Shown here piece after piece: positions 8,604-18,299 of a stretch of DNA of 32,000 bases. The position numbers and the translations under genes were made by a program. Below the pieces are notes generated by a model. That model worked only from the letters and a program-made list of their open reading frames with translations, had not been told where the DNA came from and searched no databases. This stretch comes from Clostridia bacterium (GTDB lineage: Bacteria > Bacillota > Clostridia > TANB77 > UBA1234), in contig JAFUGH010000005.1 in assembly GCA_017469465.1 (NCBI GenBank), positions 1-32,000 on the forward strand. Reading direction: 5' to 3'. The stretch's first letter is position 1. Every line of letters starts with the position of its first letter.

Positions 8604-9908
8604 ATGAATATTAATGAAATAATTAAAGCAAAGAGGGATCAAAAAGAGTTGACAACAGAACAAATAAACTTTTTTATACATGAGTATTCACTTGGTAATA
8701 TACCGGATTATCAAGCTTCAAGTTTATTGATGGCGATTTATTTAAATGGGATGTCAGAGCAAGAAATACTAGATTTAACTGTAGCTATGGTGAAGTCTGG
8801 TGAAGTTGTTGATTTGTCTGATATACCAGGAATTAAGGTGGATAAACATAGCACAGGTGGTATAGGAGATAAAGTTACTATGGTTGTGATGCCACTTGTC
8901 GCAAGCTGTGGAGTGCCTGTTGCAAAAATGTCTGGTAGAGGACTTGGATATACACAAGGAACGATAGATAAACTTGACTCAATTCCTGGTTTTAGAACGA
9001 ATCTTGATATGGATGAGTTTATCAGAAATGTAAAAAGAATAGGGATAAGCATTATGGGGCAATCTGAGAATATTGCAATTGCAGATAAAAAATTATATGC
9101 ACTTCGTGATGTTACAGGAACAGTTGAAAGTATTCCTTTAATCGCTTCAAGCATAATGAGTAAAAAAATAGCTTCTGGAGCAGATAAGATACTTCTTGAA
9201 GTTACTTATGGCAGTGGAGCATTTATGGAGAATGAAATTAGAGCGAGAAGACTTGCTCAAACTATGGTTAATATTGGAAACATGGTGGGGAAAGAGACGA
9301 TAGCGGTACTTACTAATATGAATCAGCCACTTGGAAGATTTGTTGGAAATTCTTTGGAAACGAAAGAAGCAATTGATACTTTAGCAGGACGAGGAGAAAA
9401 AGATGTTGTTAATGTGTGTTTGCTTTTGGGGGCATATATGCTAAAGCTTGCCGGACATGGTGAGAGCATTACAACGAATATGAAATTGTTACAAAGCAAA
9501 ATAGATAGTGGAGAAGGACTTGCTAAATTTAAAGAGTTTGTGAGTAGACAATGGGGTGAATCACGAGTAGTGGATGAGTCTGAACTACTAGTAAAAGCAA
9601 AATATAAGCTTCCTGTAAATAGTATTGTAAATGGATATGTATCCGAAATTGAAACAAAAAACATAGGGCAAGCTGTTGTAAATTTAGGTGGTGGCAGATT
9701 AAAAAAGGAAGATGAAGTAGACTATTATGTTGGTGTTGAGGTAATGAAAAAGATAGGCGATAAAGTATCAATGGGAGAACCAATTATGTATATTTATGCC
9801 AATGATGAAACAAAAGGATTAATGCAGGTGGAGACATTAAGAAGTTCTTTTAAGTTTTCAAATGAACCTGTTGAAAAAAGTAAAGAAATATTGGATATCA
9901 TCGATTAG
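8604..9908 (+). CDS. pdp: Pyrimidine-nucleoside (thymidine) phosphorylase
   Basis: KHSTGGIGDK motif, length of about 433 aa, and full-length family-typical sequence. Confidence 0.9.
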   Translation: MNINEIIKAKRDQKELTTEQINFFIHEYSLGNIPDYQASSLLMAIYLNGMSEQEILDLTVAMVKSGEVVDLSDIPGIKVDKHSTGGIGDKVTMVVMPLVASCGVPVAKMSGRGLGYTQGTIDKLDSIPGFRTNLDMDEFIRNVKRIGISIMGQSENIAIADKKLYALRDVTGTVESIPLIASSIMSKKIASGADKILLEVTYGSGAFMENEIRARRLAQTMVNIGNMVGKETIAVLTNMNQPLGRFVGNSLETKEAIDTLAGRGEKDVVNVCLLLGAYMLKLAGHGESITTNMKLLQSKIDSGEGLAKFKEFVSRQWGESRVVDESELLVKAKYKLPVNSIVNGYVSEIETKNIGQAVVNLGGGRLKKEDEVDYYVGVEVMKKIGDKVSMGEPIMYIYANDETKGLMQVETLRSSFKFSNEPVEKSKEILDIID

Positions 9909-10018
9909 TATCTTAGATTATTTGGAAAACAATTCTAGAGTAAATTGCTGGTTGACATAGTTCGGTTACGGTGCTAAAATGTTCATTGGGAGAATTATAT
10001 AATAGGGGGAGACTTACA

Positions 10019-10759
10019 ATGAAGAGGTTTCTAGTTTTTCTACTGATGGTTCTTTTTATGCTTTCTTCTAGTGCAACTGCATGTGGAAAAATTGAAAATG
10101 ACCCGAATCGGTATCTATATGCGATATGTAACGATGTAAGCGTTAGAGAAGACTGCAATCCCCAATCCCGAGTTTTAGGAACATTGGATGAACGAGAAAT
10201 TGTTTTTGGACTTGAATTCATGGTAGGAGCAGATGGCAAAAATTGGGTGTTGGCTGAAACACAAGTGGGAGTTGGCTATATAAGCCAAGACGATTTGATT
10301 TATGTAGTTGAAGAGCTTTCTCCGGTATTGACGTTGCTTGAACTTAGGGATGAAACATATATTATGTCTAAACCTTCGTGTAAAGGCCAAATTTATGATG
10401 TTATTCCTGCAGGGATGTATGTAAGTGTTAAGGCTTTTTATCCTACGCGAGGGGAAGGTACATGGGCAGCAATTACCATTTCTGAAGGGATAGACGGATA
10501 TGTTTCGATTAAGTCACTTTATTGTCTTGATGGAAGTAAGTTTCATAACTTACCAGAATTTGTTGAGGTAAAAAGGGATACGTGGACATATCAAGAAGAT
10601 TTAAACTCTTTTGAAAGAAATCAACTTGTCTATCATGAAGAGATTTTGAAAGTAAACTACTATCTGAAACTTTCAGATGGCACGGTTCTGGCATCATGTA
10701 TGAATAGCAGTTATGAGAATGTTGGATTAGTATTGATAAAGGACTTGTCCAAGAAGTAA
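10019..10759 (+). CDS. Secreted or lipoprotein with SH3b-like repeats; intermediate GC
   Basis: MKRFLVFLLMVLFMLSSSATAC signal or lipobox-like N-terminus. GYISQDDL and GYVSIKSL SH3b-type strand motifs. Contains one uninterrupted in-frame CGG (10109). Confidence 0.6.
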   Translation: MKRFLVFLLMVLFMLSSSATACGKIENDPNRYLYAICNDVSVREDCNPQSRVLGTLDEREIVFGLEFMVGADGKNWVLAETQVGVGYISQDDLIYVVEELSPVLTLLELRDETYIMSKPSCKGQIYDVIPAGMYVSVKAFYPTRGEGTWAAITISEGIDGYVSIKSLYCLDGSKFHNLPEFVEVKRDTWTYQEDLNSFERNQLVYHEEILKVNYYLKLSDGTVLASCMNSSYENVGLVLIKDLSKK

Positions 10760-10768
10760 GGTAGAAAA

Positions 10769-10814
10769 AGCATTAGAATGATTGGAAATATCCCATTATT
10801 CTAATGCTTTTTTA
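10769..10814 (+). terminator. Rho-independent terminator
   Basis: agcattagaat / attctaatgct 11-bp stem followed by a T-run. Confidence 0.7.
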
Positions 10815-10908
10815 TTCAAAGGAACTACAGGAAACGATTGACAAAGTTTACGTAATGTGGTATTATAATAGAAGGGTATTCAAAAATTTATAAAGGAGGA
10901 AACTGATA

Positions 10909-11745
10909 ATGAAGCGGTTTCTGATGATGGTACTCGTGGTTATCTTTGTGTCCAATATTGGTGCAATGGCGGAATGGCTCTATGCGACCGACGGTGATAC
11001 TTATGTTCACACCGAGGCGGACATTGAGTCCGATACGTTCGGCGTGTTCAAGAAAGGGGAGAAAGTATGGGTATACGACCATACTTATACTCCTGATGGA
11101 CGGAACTGGTGCGAGGTCCAGTTTCTTGGACGAACCGGGTTTATTTCTGACAGGTACTCGAGCTACTTGGTATCCAATCCTGATGACTATGATGATGTGA
11201 ATCATAGCTCCCAGGAATTGGAGCAGGAGTTGTTCTATGAGTACGATGGTGAGGAAGGCGATGAATTCGAAGGACACGGCTTTGAGTACGAAGCCGAGTT
11301 CGAATTTATTGCTAACAGGAACGTAAAGGTTCGCGCCTGGGCTGGTAATGATGGCAACGTCATTGGTACACTCAAGCGCAACACGACTGTCTGGGGCTCA
11401 ATCATCTACGTTGTGGATGATCAAGCCTGGCTCGAAGTCATGTGGGGGAATGACCAGTATGGTTATATTCCCACGGATTCTCTCAATTTGACGGAGAGTC
11501 TCGTGGATAATACCTATCCGCGTTTCTCTCGACGGATGAAAGTAACCGGCGGACGTGTGAATGTTCGTGAGGATGCCGACATCATGTCCCAGGATATCGC
11601 CACGTTGCAGCAGGGTGACGAAGTCCTCGTTGACTTTTTCATCTGTGTGGATGACGGTGAACGCCGCATTTGGGCAGATGTTGTTACAGAGGACGGACAG
11701 GTAGTGGGATTTGTTTCTACAAGATATCTTATTCCTGTAAGGTAA
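10909..11745 (+). CDS. Secreted protein with three SH3b-like repeats and an acidic linker; GC conspicuously higher than all neighbours
   Basis: Signal peptide MKRFLMMVLVVIFVSNIGAMA. Repeats end in GFISDRY, GYIPTDSL and GFVSTRYL. The GC-rich sequence opens shadow ORFs in other frames. Three in-frame CGG codons are read through in frame 0. Confidence 0.65.
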   Translation: MKRFLMMVLVVIFVSNIGAMAEWLYATDGDTYVHTEADIESDTFGVFKKGEKVWVYDHTYTPDGRNWCEVQFLGRTGFISDRYSSYLVSNPDDYDDVNHSSQELEQELFYEYDGEEGDEFEGHGFEYEAEFEFIANRNVKVRAWAGNDGNVIGTLKRNTTVWGSIIYVVDDQAWLEVMWGNDQYGYIPTDSLNLTESLVDNTYPRFSRRMKVTGGRVNVREDADIMSQDIATLQQGDEVLVDFFICVDDGERRIWADVVTEDGQVVGFVSTRYLIPVR

Positions 11746-11761
11746 CCAACTTAAGATGCTT

Positions 11762-11807
11762 CAGAAATTTGAAAATTTTTCAAATTTCTGGGGTATCTTT
11801 TTTTGTG
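11762..11807 (+). terminator. Rho-independent terminator
   Basis: cagaaatttgaaaa / ttttcaaatttctg stem, then a T-run. Confidence 0.65.
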
Positions 11808-11825
11808 CATTTTTTGCTTTTTTCC

Positions 11826-11854
11826 TTGCATTTCCCTAGGCGTTTTAGTATAAT
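11826..11854 (+). promoter_or_regulatory. Candidate sigma-A promoter of gyrA
   Basis: TTGCAT, 17-nt spacer, TATAAT, about 60 nt upstream of the gyrA ATG. Confidence 0.5.
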
Positions 11855-11915
11855 TTTAATGTGAATAAACAGCTATTTTTATGCTGTTGAAAGACAAAAG
11901 ATAGGAGATTTAGAA

Positions 11916-14348
11916 ATGGAAGAAAATGCAAAAAAAATTATTAAAGTAGACATCGAAAAAGAGATGAAAAAATCTTACATAGATTATGCAATGAGTGTTA
12001 TTGTTTCTAGAGCACTTCCAGATGTTAGAGATGGTTTAAAGCCTGTTCATAGAAGAATTTTGTATTCAATGGATGGTCTTGGGCTAACTCCAGAGAAACC
12101 TTATAGGAAATCTGCGTATATCGTAGGTGAGGTTATGGGTAAATATCACCCACATGGTGATGCTTCTATTTATGACGCTTTGGTTAGAATGGCGCAAGAT
12201 TTTTCACTTAGATATATGCTTGTCAATGGTAATGGTAACTTTGGTAGTGTTGATGGTGATGCACCAGCTGCCATGAGGTACACTGAAGCAAAGATGCATA
12301 AAATAACAACTGAAATGTTAAATGATATTGACAAAAACACAGTTGATTTTATGCCAAACTATGATGAAAAAATTATGGAGCCAACTGTTTTACCAGCGAA
12401 GATTCCAAACTTATTAATTAATGGCTCTTCTGGTATTGCTGTAGGTATGGCAACAAACGTACCACCACATAATTTAACAGAAGTAATTAATGCAATTATT
12501 CGACTAGTGGAAGAAGACAATGTGACAGATGAAGATTTAATGGCAGAAGTGAAAGGACCAGATTTTCCAACAGGTGGTATCATTGTAGGACATGAAGGAA
12601 TTAAGAATTGTTATACAACTGGTAGGGGAAAAATTATTGTTAGGGCTAAAACTGAAATAGAAGAGCATGGTAATGGTAGATATAGAATTATTGTCACAGA
12701 GCTTCCTTACCAAGTAAATAAGGCAAGATTAATTGAAAATATAGCTGATTTAGTAAAAGATAAACGTTTAGATGGTATCTCAGATTTAAGAGATGAGTCA
12801 GATAGAGAAGGTATGAGAATTGTTATCGAGCTTAAGAGAGATGCTAATCCAAAGATTGTATTAAATCAACTTTTGAAAAATACACAAATGCAAGATACTT
12901 TTGGTGCTATTATGTTAGCATTGGTAAAAGGAGAACCAAAAGTGTTAACACTTCGTCAAATGTTGGAGTGCTACATTGAACATAGAAAAGATGTTATTGT
13001 AAGAAGAACACAATTTGATTTGGATAAAGCTTTAGCAAGAGCACATATCTTAGAGGGCTTAAGAATTGCAATTGATAACATTGATGAAGTAATTGCAATC
13101 ATTAGAAAGTCTTACGATGATGCCGCTGAAAAATTGATGAAGAGATTCAAACTTTCAGAGATTCAAGCAAATGCTATTTTGGAAATGAGACTAAGGACTT
13201 TACAAGGATTACAAAGAGAAAAAATTGATGAAGAATATAAACAACTAATGGAGCAAATTGAAAGATATAGAGCAATTCTTGGTAGTGAAAAACTAGTTTG
13301 TGACATTATTAGAGATGAGTTAGTTGAGATTAAGAGTAAATATGGTGATGAAAGAAGAACGCAAATTATTGCAGCAGAAGGTGAATTTACAAACGAGGAT
13401 TTGATTAAGGAAGAAACAACGGTTGTTGCTTTGACACATTTCGGATATATTAAGAGAATGCCAGTAGATACTTATAGAGCACAAAGAAGAGGAGGCAAAG
13501 GTATTACTGGAATCCAAACAAGGGAAGAAGATTTTGTGGAACAATTATTTGTTACTTCTACACATGATATTATAATGTTCTTTACCAATAAAGGAAAAGT
13601 TTATCGCTTAAAGGGGTATGAAGTTCCAGAAGCTGGTAGAACAGCAAAAGGTACTGCAATTGTTAACTTACTACAATTAGATGGGGATGAAAAAGTAACT
13701 GCAGTAATACCTATTAAAGAATTTGTAGATGGTCAGTATTTATTAATGGCAACGCGTGGTGGTATTATTAAGAAAACAAAATTACTTGACTATAATAGTG
13801 CAAGAAAAACGGGTCTTCAAGCAATTTCATTAAAAGATGGCGATGAATTAATTGACGTTAGATTGACTGATGGAGAAAGAAACGTTGTCATGGTTACGCA
13901 TGAAGGTATGTCTATTACCTTTGCAGAAAGTGATGTTAAACCAGTTGGTAGAGTTTCTCAAGGTGTTATAGGAATTAGACTTTCAGATGGGGATTATGTA
14001 GTTGGAATGGAACCAATCTATACAGAAAATGCTTACTTACTTGCCATTACAGAAAATGGTTTTGGTAAGAGGACAGAACTTGATGAATATAGAGTTCAAA
14101 TAAGAGCAGGTAAAGGTGTTATTACATATAAGACAACTCCAAAGACAGGCAAAGTTGTTGGAATTAAGGTAGTTACTGACAATGATGATGTTATGCTGAT
14201 TACCGATAAGGGTACAATCATTAGATTGGAAGTAATGAATATTAGTGTACTTGGAAGATCTACACAAGGTGTTACATTAATGAGAACAAACGACGGCGGT
14301 AAGGTTGTTAGTATTGCTAAAATTGTGGAAGCTGAAATTGAAGAGTAA
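11916..14348 (+). CDS. gyrA: DNA gyrase subunit A
   Basis: 810 aa. N-terminus reads [30 protein letters not shown] and the QRDR region reads [10 protein letters not shown]. The GyrA box QRRGGKG in the C-terminal domain distinguishes it from ParC. Confidence 0.95.
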   Translation: MEENAKKIIKVDIEKEMKKSYIDYAMSVIVSRALPDVRDGLKPVHRRILYSMDGLGLTPEKPYRKSAYIVGEVMGKYHPHGDASIYDALVRMAQDFSLRYMLVNGNGNFGSVDGDAPAAMRYTEAKMHKITTEMLNDIDKNTVDFMPNYDEKIMEPTVLPAKIPNLLINGSSGIAVGMATNVPPHNLTEVINAIIRLVEEDNVTDEDLMAEVKGPDFPTGGIIVGHEGIKNCYTTGRGKIIVRAKTEIEEHGNGRYRIIVTELPYQVNKARLIENIADLVKDKRLDGISDLRDESDREGMRIVIELKRDANPKIVLNQLLKNTQMQDTFGAIMLALVKGEPKVLTLRQMLECYIEHRKDVIVRRTQFDLDKALARAHILEGLRIAIDNIDEVIAIIRKSYDDAAEKLMKRFKLSEIQANAILEMRLRTLQGLQREKIDEEYKQLMEQIERYRAILGSEKLVCDIIRDELVEIKSKYGDERRTQIIAAEGEFTNEDLIKEETTVVALTHFGYIKRMPVDTYRAQRRGGKGITGIQTREEDFVEQLFVTSTHDIIMFFTNKGKVYRLKGYEVPEAGRTAKGTAIVNLLQLDGDEKVTAVIPIKEFVDGQYLLMATRGGIIKKTKLLDYNSARKTGLQAISLKDGDELIDVRLTDGERNVVMVTHEGMSITFAESDVKPVGRVSQGVIGIRLSDGDYVVGMEPIYTENAYLLAITENGFGKRTELDEYRVQIRAGKGVITYKTTPKTGKVVGIKVVTDNDDVMLITDKGTIIRLEVMNISVLGRSTQGVTLMRTNDGGKVVSIAKIVEAEIEE

Positions 14349-14357
14349 TTTTCAATA

Positions 14358-14392
14358 AAAATAGGAGTGTATCAGCGATACACTCCTATTTC
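14358..14392. terminator. Bidirectional terminator between convergent gyrA and the dnaI-like gene
   Basis: ataggagtgtatc / gatacactcctat 13-bp stem flanked by an A-run and T-rich sequence. Confidence 0.7.
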
Positions 14393-14396
14393 GATA

Positions 14397-15386
14397 TCAT
14401 TTTTTCTTTAATCGAATATCGTCACCATAAAATCTTAAAATATTATAATTTCCCATAATTCTAGAAATAATTCTATGATCATATGTTTGAGCAAGTTCTT
14501 CTAATGACAAATTAGTTGAAATAATAGTTTTGGTATATTGTGTAATTAACCTTGAATTAATAATGGTGAACAATTCTTCAAATTTTGCAGCTGTTAAATT
14601 TTCCGTACCTAAATCATCAATTACTAATAAATTAACGTTAAACAAACTATTATATAGTTCCTTTGAACTTTCATCTTTGCTAAATTTATATTCAAAAACA
14701 CTATTTAATAAAAGTGAGGATGTTTGATATAAAACAGTATAATTCTTGTTTATGATTTCATTTGCAATACAGCTTGACATAAATGTTTTACCTACACCCG
14801 GAGTACCTGTAAACAATAGATTTTTTTGCTTCGGTGAGTTAAAGTTTTCTATAAAAATTCTAGAGAATTCTATGATTTTTTTCATATTGTCTCTAGGTGA
14901 TATATTTGTTTTATATTTTTCAGGACAAGCAACATCTGAAAACAAATTCATATCAATCTTATCAAATGACTCTTCTTTAAGCTTATATAAATTAGATTTA
15001 CTATAAGATTCATTAATTAATTCTTGCTTAAAGCAAGGACACATATGGGTTGTCCCATTTTCTACATAAAAACCAGTATCTTGGCATTTTTCACAGGAAT
15101 ACTGTGGCCTTAATTCTATATTAAGTTGCTTTAGAATAGCTTCTTTTTCTGCTTTTAATGAGTCTATTTGTGCTTTCAATTCATGAGCAATTTGCTCTTT
15201 ATCATTAGCTGTTGAAATTGACAGTTTGGCGGATTTAATTCCAAGTTTTGCAATTTCAACATCAATTTCTCTAAGTCTTGGGGTTGACGCATAGATAGCT
15301 TCTTTTAATTCTCGATATTTTTGATTTGCTATATTTCTTTTTTGCTCATATTCGCGTTCAATACGTTTATATGTGTCTCTATACAT
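14397..15386 (-). CDS. dnaI: DnaI/DnaC-family helicase loader (AAA+ ATPase with N-terminal zinc-binding motif)
   Basis: CEKCQDTG ... CPC zinc motif, Walker A GTPGVGKT and Walker B LLVIDDLG. Confidence 0.75.
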   Translation of the reverse strand: MYRDTYKRIEREYEQKRNIANQKYRELKEAIYASTPRLREIDVEIAKLGIKSAKLSISTANDKEQIAHELKAQIDSLKAEKEAILKQLNIELRPQYSCEKCQDTGFYVENGTTHMCPCFKQELINESYSKSNLYKLKEESFDKIDMNLFSDVACPEKYKTNISPRDNMKKIIEFSRIFIENFNSPKQKNLLFTGTPGVGKTFMSSCIANEIINKNYTVLYQTSSLLLNSVFEYKFSKDESSKELYNSLFNVNLLVIDDLGTENLTAAKFEELFTIINSRLITQYTKTIISTNLSLEELAQTYDHRIISRIMGNYNILRFYGDDIRLKKK

Positions 15387-15543
15387 TAATTCTATATAAA
15401 ATCTCCTTCAATTATTTAGATTTTTAAGGGATATCCATAAACCCATTTCTATATTACTATGGTAATATGCTAAATATGTAATGAATAGACTAATTGATTT
15501 GTATTTTTTATTAGGTTACATTTTATAAATGACGTGGGTAGCA

Positions 15544-16518
15544 TCAATTTGAATAATATTGTGATAAGTCAGAATACTGGTTAGTTGTAACATCTTTATA
15601 CGCTTGAAGAACAGTTTGATTACTAGAGACCATATTTTTCATTATTTTGGCCTTAGATTTTTGTTCTTTTATAAAATTATTAATTGACTCAGTAGAATCG
15701 AGCTTTCTTTCATGCCAGTCAGTAATGATTTTATCTAAGTAATCAAAACTAGGATTTGTTTTTGCCGTAGTCTTTTTCAATGCAATTTCAATAACATCTA
15801 ATTGATAATTGTAGTCGAATACCCATTTGTCAACATAAGCTTCTTCGTATTGAGATAATTTTCTTGAAAGACCAAGTTTTTTGGAAATAGTCTTTTTTAT
15901 TTGCATAGCTTTTTCATATTCTAAAGAATACTTGTCTAAATCGTCTTGCGTTTTTATTCCATTTTTAGCCCAAGCTTCTGCGACTGTAAATAGATACTTT
16001 CTATGCAAAGCTTGTCTTGTATAACAGTAATTAAATAAGGAAATAACCACATCTTCATCAAAATTGTATTTGGCGAATAGCATGTTAATGTCTGAAAACC
16101 ATGCTTCTGACATGACTCCTTGAAAAAACATTTCACTAATTGCAGTAATTGCTTGGGAGCGATAAACATTTTTCTCAGTATTTTTTATTGCATCTTCAGT
16201 CGATAGGGATAATTTTGGAGTATATAGTTTATTTAATTCTATTTGCTTTAAGTCTGCAATGATATAGGAGTTCCCTTTTTTTATCAATACGTTATTTTCC
16301 ACCCAATACTTTAGTCCTTGTTCAATTGTTGCCAAAGGCAAAGATAATTTTTTTGACAAGTCGAGTGGAGCAATATCTATTTTATGCTTACTACAAAAAA
16401 AACAATATAAATATATCTTAACATAATCACCAGAAGCAGCTGTAAGATACTCTGAAATAAATACTTCTGGAATATTAACATCATCAAATAGTAAAGAAAA
16501 GTTTTGTTCGAAATTCAT
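15544..16518 (-). CDS. DnaD-domain replication initiation / membrane attachment protein (B. subtilis DnaB/DnaD-like)
   Basis: Two DnaD-like helical domains (YVDKWVFDYNYQLDVIEIAL, ITDWHERKL). GGAGG RBS precedes the ATG at 16518. Paired with the dnaI-like gene, as in Firmicutes. Confidence 0.65.
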   Translation of the reverse strand: MNFEQNFSLLFDDVNIPEVFISEYLTAASGDYVKIYLYCFFCSKHKIDIAPLDLSKKLSLPLATIEQGLKYWVENNVLIKKGNSYIIADLKQIELNKLYTPKLSLSTEDAIKNTEKNVYRSQAITAISEMFFQGVMSEAWFSDINMLFAKYNFDEDVVISLFNYCYTRQALHRKYLFTVAEAWAKNGIKTQDDLDKYSLEYEKAMQIKKTISKKLGLSRKLSQYEEAYVDKWVFDYNYQLDVIEIALKKTTAKTNPSFDYLDKIITDWHERKLDSTESINNFIKEQKSKAKIMKNMVSSNQTVLQAYKDVTTNQYSDLSQYYSN

Positions 16519-16714
16519 AATACTGCCTCCTGAATAAATAATATATGCTTTTGGTAAATTTAGCAATATTATATCTAAAAAAAATATTTTTTGTCAAACG
16601 GGCAATTTGGTATGGAATTCTGCAATTATTGATACATTAGCTTAGGGGGAGCTATTTCTATATTAAATAGAGGATGATTTATAATGTTCCGGGCCACAGA
16701 ACATAGATAAAGGC

Positions 16715-17041
16715 TTAATTAGTAATGCAGTTTGGATTAATTCCACACCAAATTACCCGTTTGTAAAGATATATTTTTCTATGAATGAAATGCTTTATTA
16801 TTGCTAGCATAAATTGATAAAAAGGTTCTGAATTTACGTTAGAATTTAAAACTAAAGTAATTGGCAGAAAGAAGATTATGAATAGTACTATTTTAGTAAA
16901 AATATTTAAAGGTATTTGTTTTAATACTAAGAATAAGATGAAGGCATATAACCCAATGGGTAAAAGAAGTTTATATTCAATTATTCCTAACAGTTTACCG
17001 GAATAGTTATAATTTAATGGAAAAAAGTATTTTTGTTTCAT
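16715..17041 (-). CDS. PrgI / VirB3-like small T4SS membrane protein
   Basis: About 108 aa with two hydrophobic helices, immediately downstream of the VirB6-like gene. In-frame CGG at 16759-16757; the +1 frame would give Gly then TAA, ending at 16753. Confidence 0.55.
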   Translation of the reverse strand: MKQKYFFPLNYNYSGKLLGIIEYKLLLPIGLYAFILFLVLKQIPLNIFTKIVLFIIFFLPITLVLNSNVNSEPFYQFMLAIIKHFIHRKIYLYKRVIWCGINPNCITN

Positions 17042-17043
17042 GT

Positions 17044-17938
17044 TTACCTCGAAATCATAGATTTGATACCAGATATACCGGCTTGAAAATTAGTAGTTAT
17101 TCCAATTCCACCTAAGAACTCTTTTACTAGTTGACCAGATTTTAATAGAGCGGAAATGGAACCAACTAATAAAAGTTTGTTAAAAATTGAGCTAGAATCT
17201 TCTTTTAACAGTGCATGAGGAATAAGAAGCAAAACAGATATTATTATTTGGAGCAATAACATGGAAAGAAATGATCGATACCAACTTTTGAGAAAACCTT
17301 CGGTAGATTTATTTGCAATACAAAGAAATGAAAAAGGGGCTGCTAGAATTAGTAATTTTACTAAAATATATCTAAGAGCAAAACTTATCAGCAATGCTAA
17401 AGAGGAAATAGATAGCATGCTCGTCAAAATACCATCTAATGAAAATACACTAAATTCACCGTGATGAACTTGTACTTAAAGATGAAATTAAAGATAAAAA
17501 AGAAATATCTTTTCGGAAAATATCCTTTCCAAGTTCACAAAAGAAAGTACTGATTTGGTTTGTAGCATTAATTAGCAGTTTACATATCTCTAAAGATGAA
17601 TTTACAAATATTGCTGCAAGTATTGCCCTTAAGAAGAATCTATTAGGAGGTTCTACTTCTGCTCCGCTAAAATAGGCAGTAATTAATCTAATACAATAGT
17701 ACAAGATAAAAGCAAAAAGAAGACAATTGGCAAGCATGAGTACTCCAGAAGTGGGAGAAGCACCAAAAATTCTTTCAAAATATGAATCTTCTGCTATCTC
17801 TTGATTGATAAAGATTGTTTTATCTAGTAATGGATAAATGGCAGAATCAATTGACTCTAGCATGTTTGTACATAATGTATTTGTTGTATCTAATATTAAT
17901 TTAGTGATATCGATTTGTGTAACAGTGTCGCCAGACAT
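17044..17938 (-). CDS. VirB6-like (CD1112/TrbL-like) polytopic T4SS membrane protein, interrupted by a +1 frame change at CGG-TGA (17461-17456)
   Basis: Two consecutive ORFs rich in transmembrane helices. The upstream frame ends ...STSSS-R-stop. The +1 frame is open from GEFSVFSLDGILTSML into the second ORF. Confidence 0.6.
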
Positions 17939-17972
17939 AAAGGTTTGCTCCTTTCAATTGTTTGTTTAAAAA

Positions 17973-18281
17973 TTAACCAAATAAACTTTGAATGGCCTTT
18001 AAGACTAAATCTACACTGAGGATAAAGGCATATGAAAATAACGTACTTCTAATTAATTTTTTCCCTGATACGACTCTTTCTTCATCACCAAAGCTAAATT
18101 TTTTCATCATGACACCTGTTCCGATTGCAACAGCTGCAGCAGGAGTAGCAATTCGAATAATCCATGTTTTTATGGTGTCTAAATTTTTTTCTAAGTTAGT
18201 GATTAATTTGGGTGCAGCTGCAAAGCAAGTAGATGATAATACAGTAATCATTAATAAAATGGTTATTAGTGTTTTTTTCAT
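17973..18281 (-). CDS. Small secreted/membrane T4SS-associated protein (in the position of VirB2/TrbC-like or Maff2-like genes)
   Basis: Signal peptide MKKTLITILLMITVLSSTCFA plus two hydrophobic segments. AGGAGA RBS. Confidence 0.45.
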   Translation of the reverse strand: MKKTLITILLMITVLSSTCFAAAPKLITNLEKNLDTIKTWIIRIATPAAAVAIGTGVMMKKFSFGDEERVVSGKKLIRSTLFSYAFILSVDLVLKAIQSLFG

Positions 18282-18299
18282 TATTAATCTCTCCTAATA

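Noticed and set aside
10888-11864. ORFs 10888-11277 (minus strand), 10946-11200 (plus strand) and 11670-11864 (plus strand) around the high-GC gene.
   Set aside because: High GC suppresses stop codons in the alternative frames. None has an RBS or motif, whereas the 278-aa frame has a signal peptide and SH3b repeats.
11916-14348. Possibility that this type IIA topoisomerase A subunit is ParC rather than GyrA, since gyrB is not adjacent.
   Set aside because: The C-terminal domain carries the GyrA box QRRGGKG, which is diagnostic of GyrA.
14397-16518. Assigning the DnaD-domain and DnaI-like genes to the mobile element as its replication module because they abut the T4SS block.
   Set aside because: This cannot be decided from the sequence. 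The pair is also the standard chromosomal primosome operon in Firmicutes, and its composition matches the host. It is left as chromosomal with a caveat.
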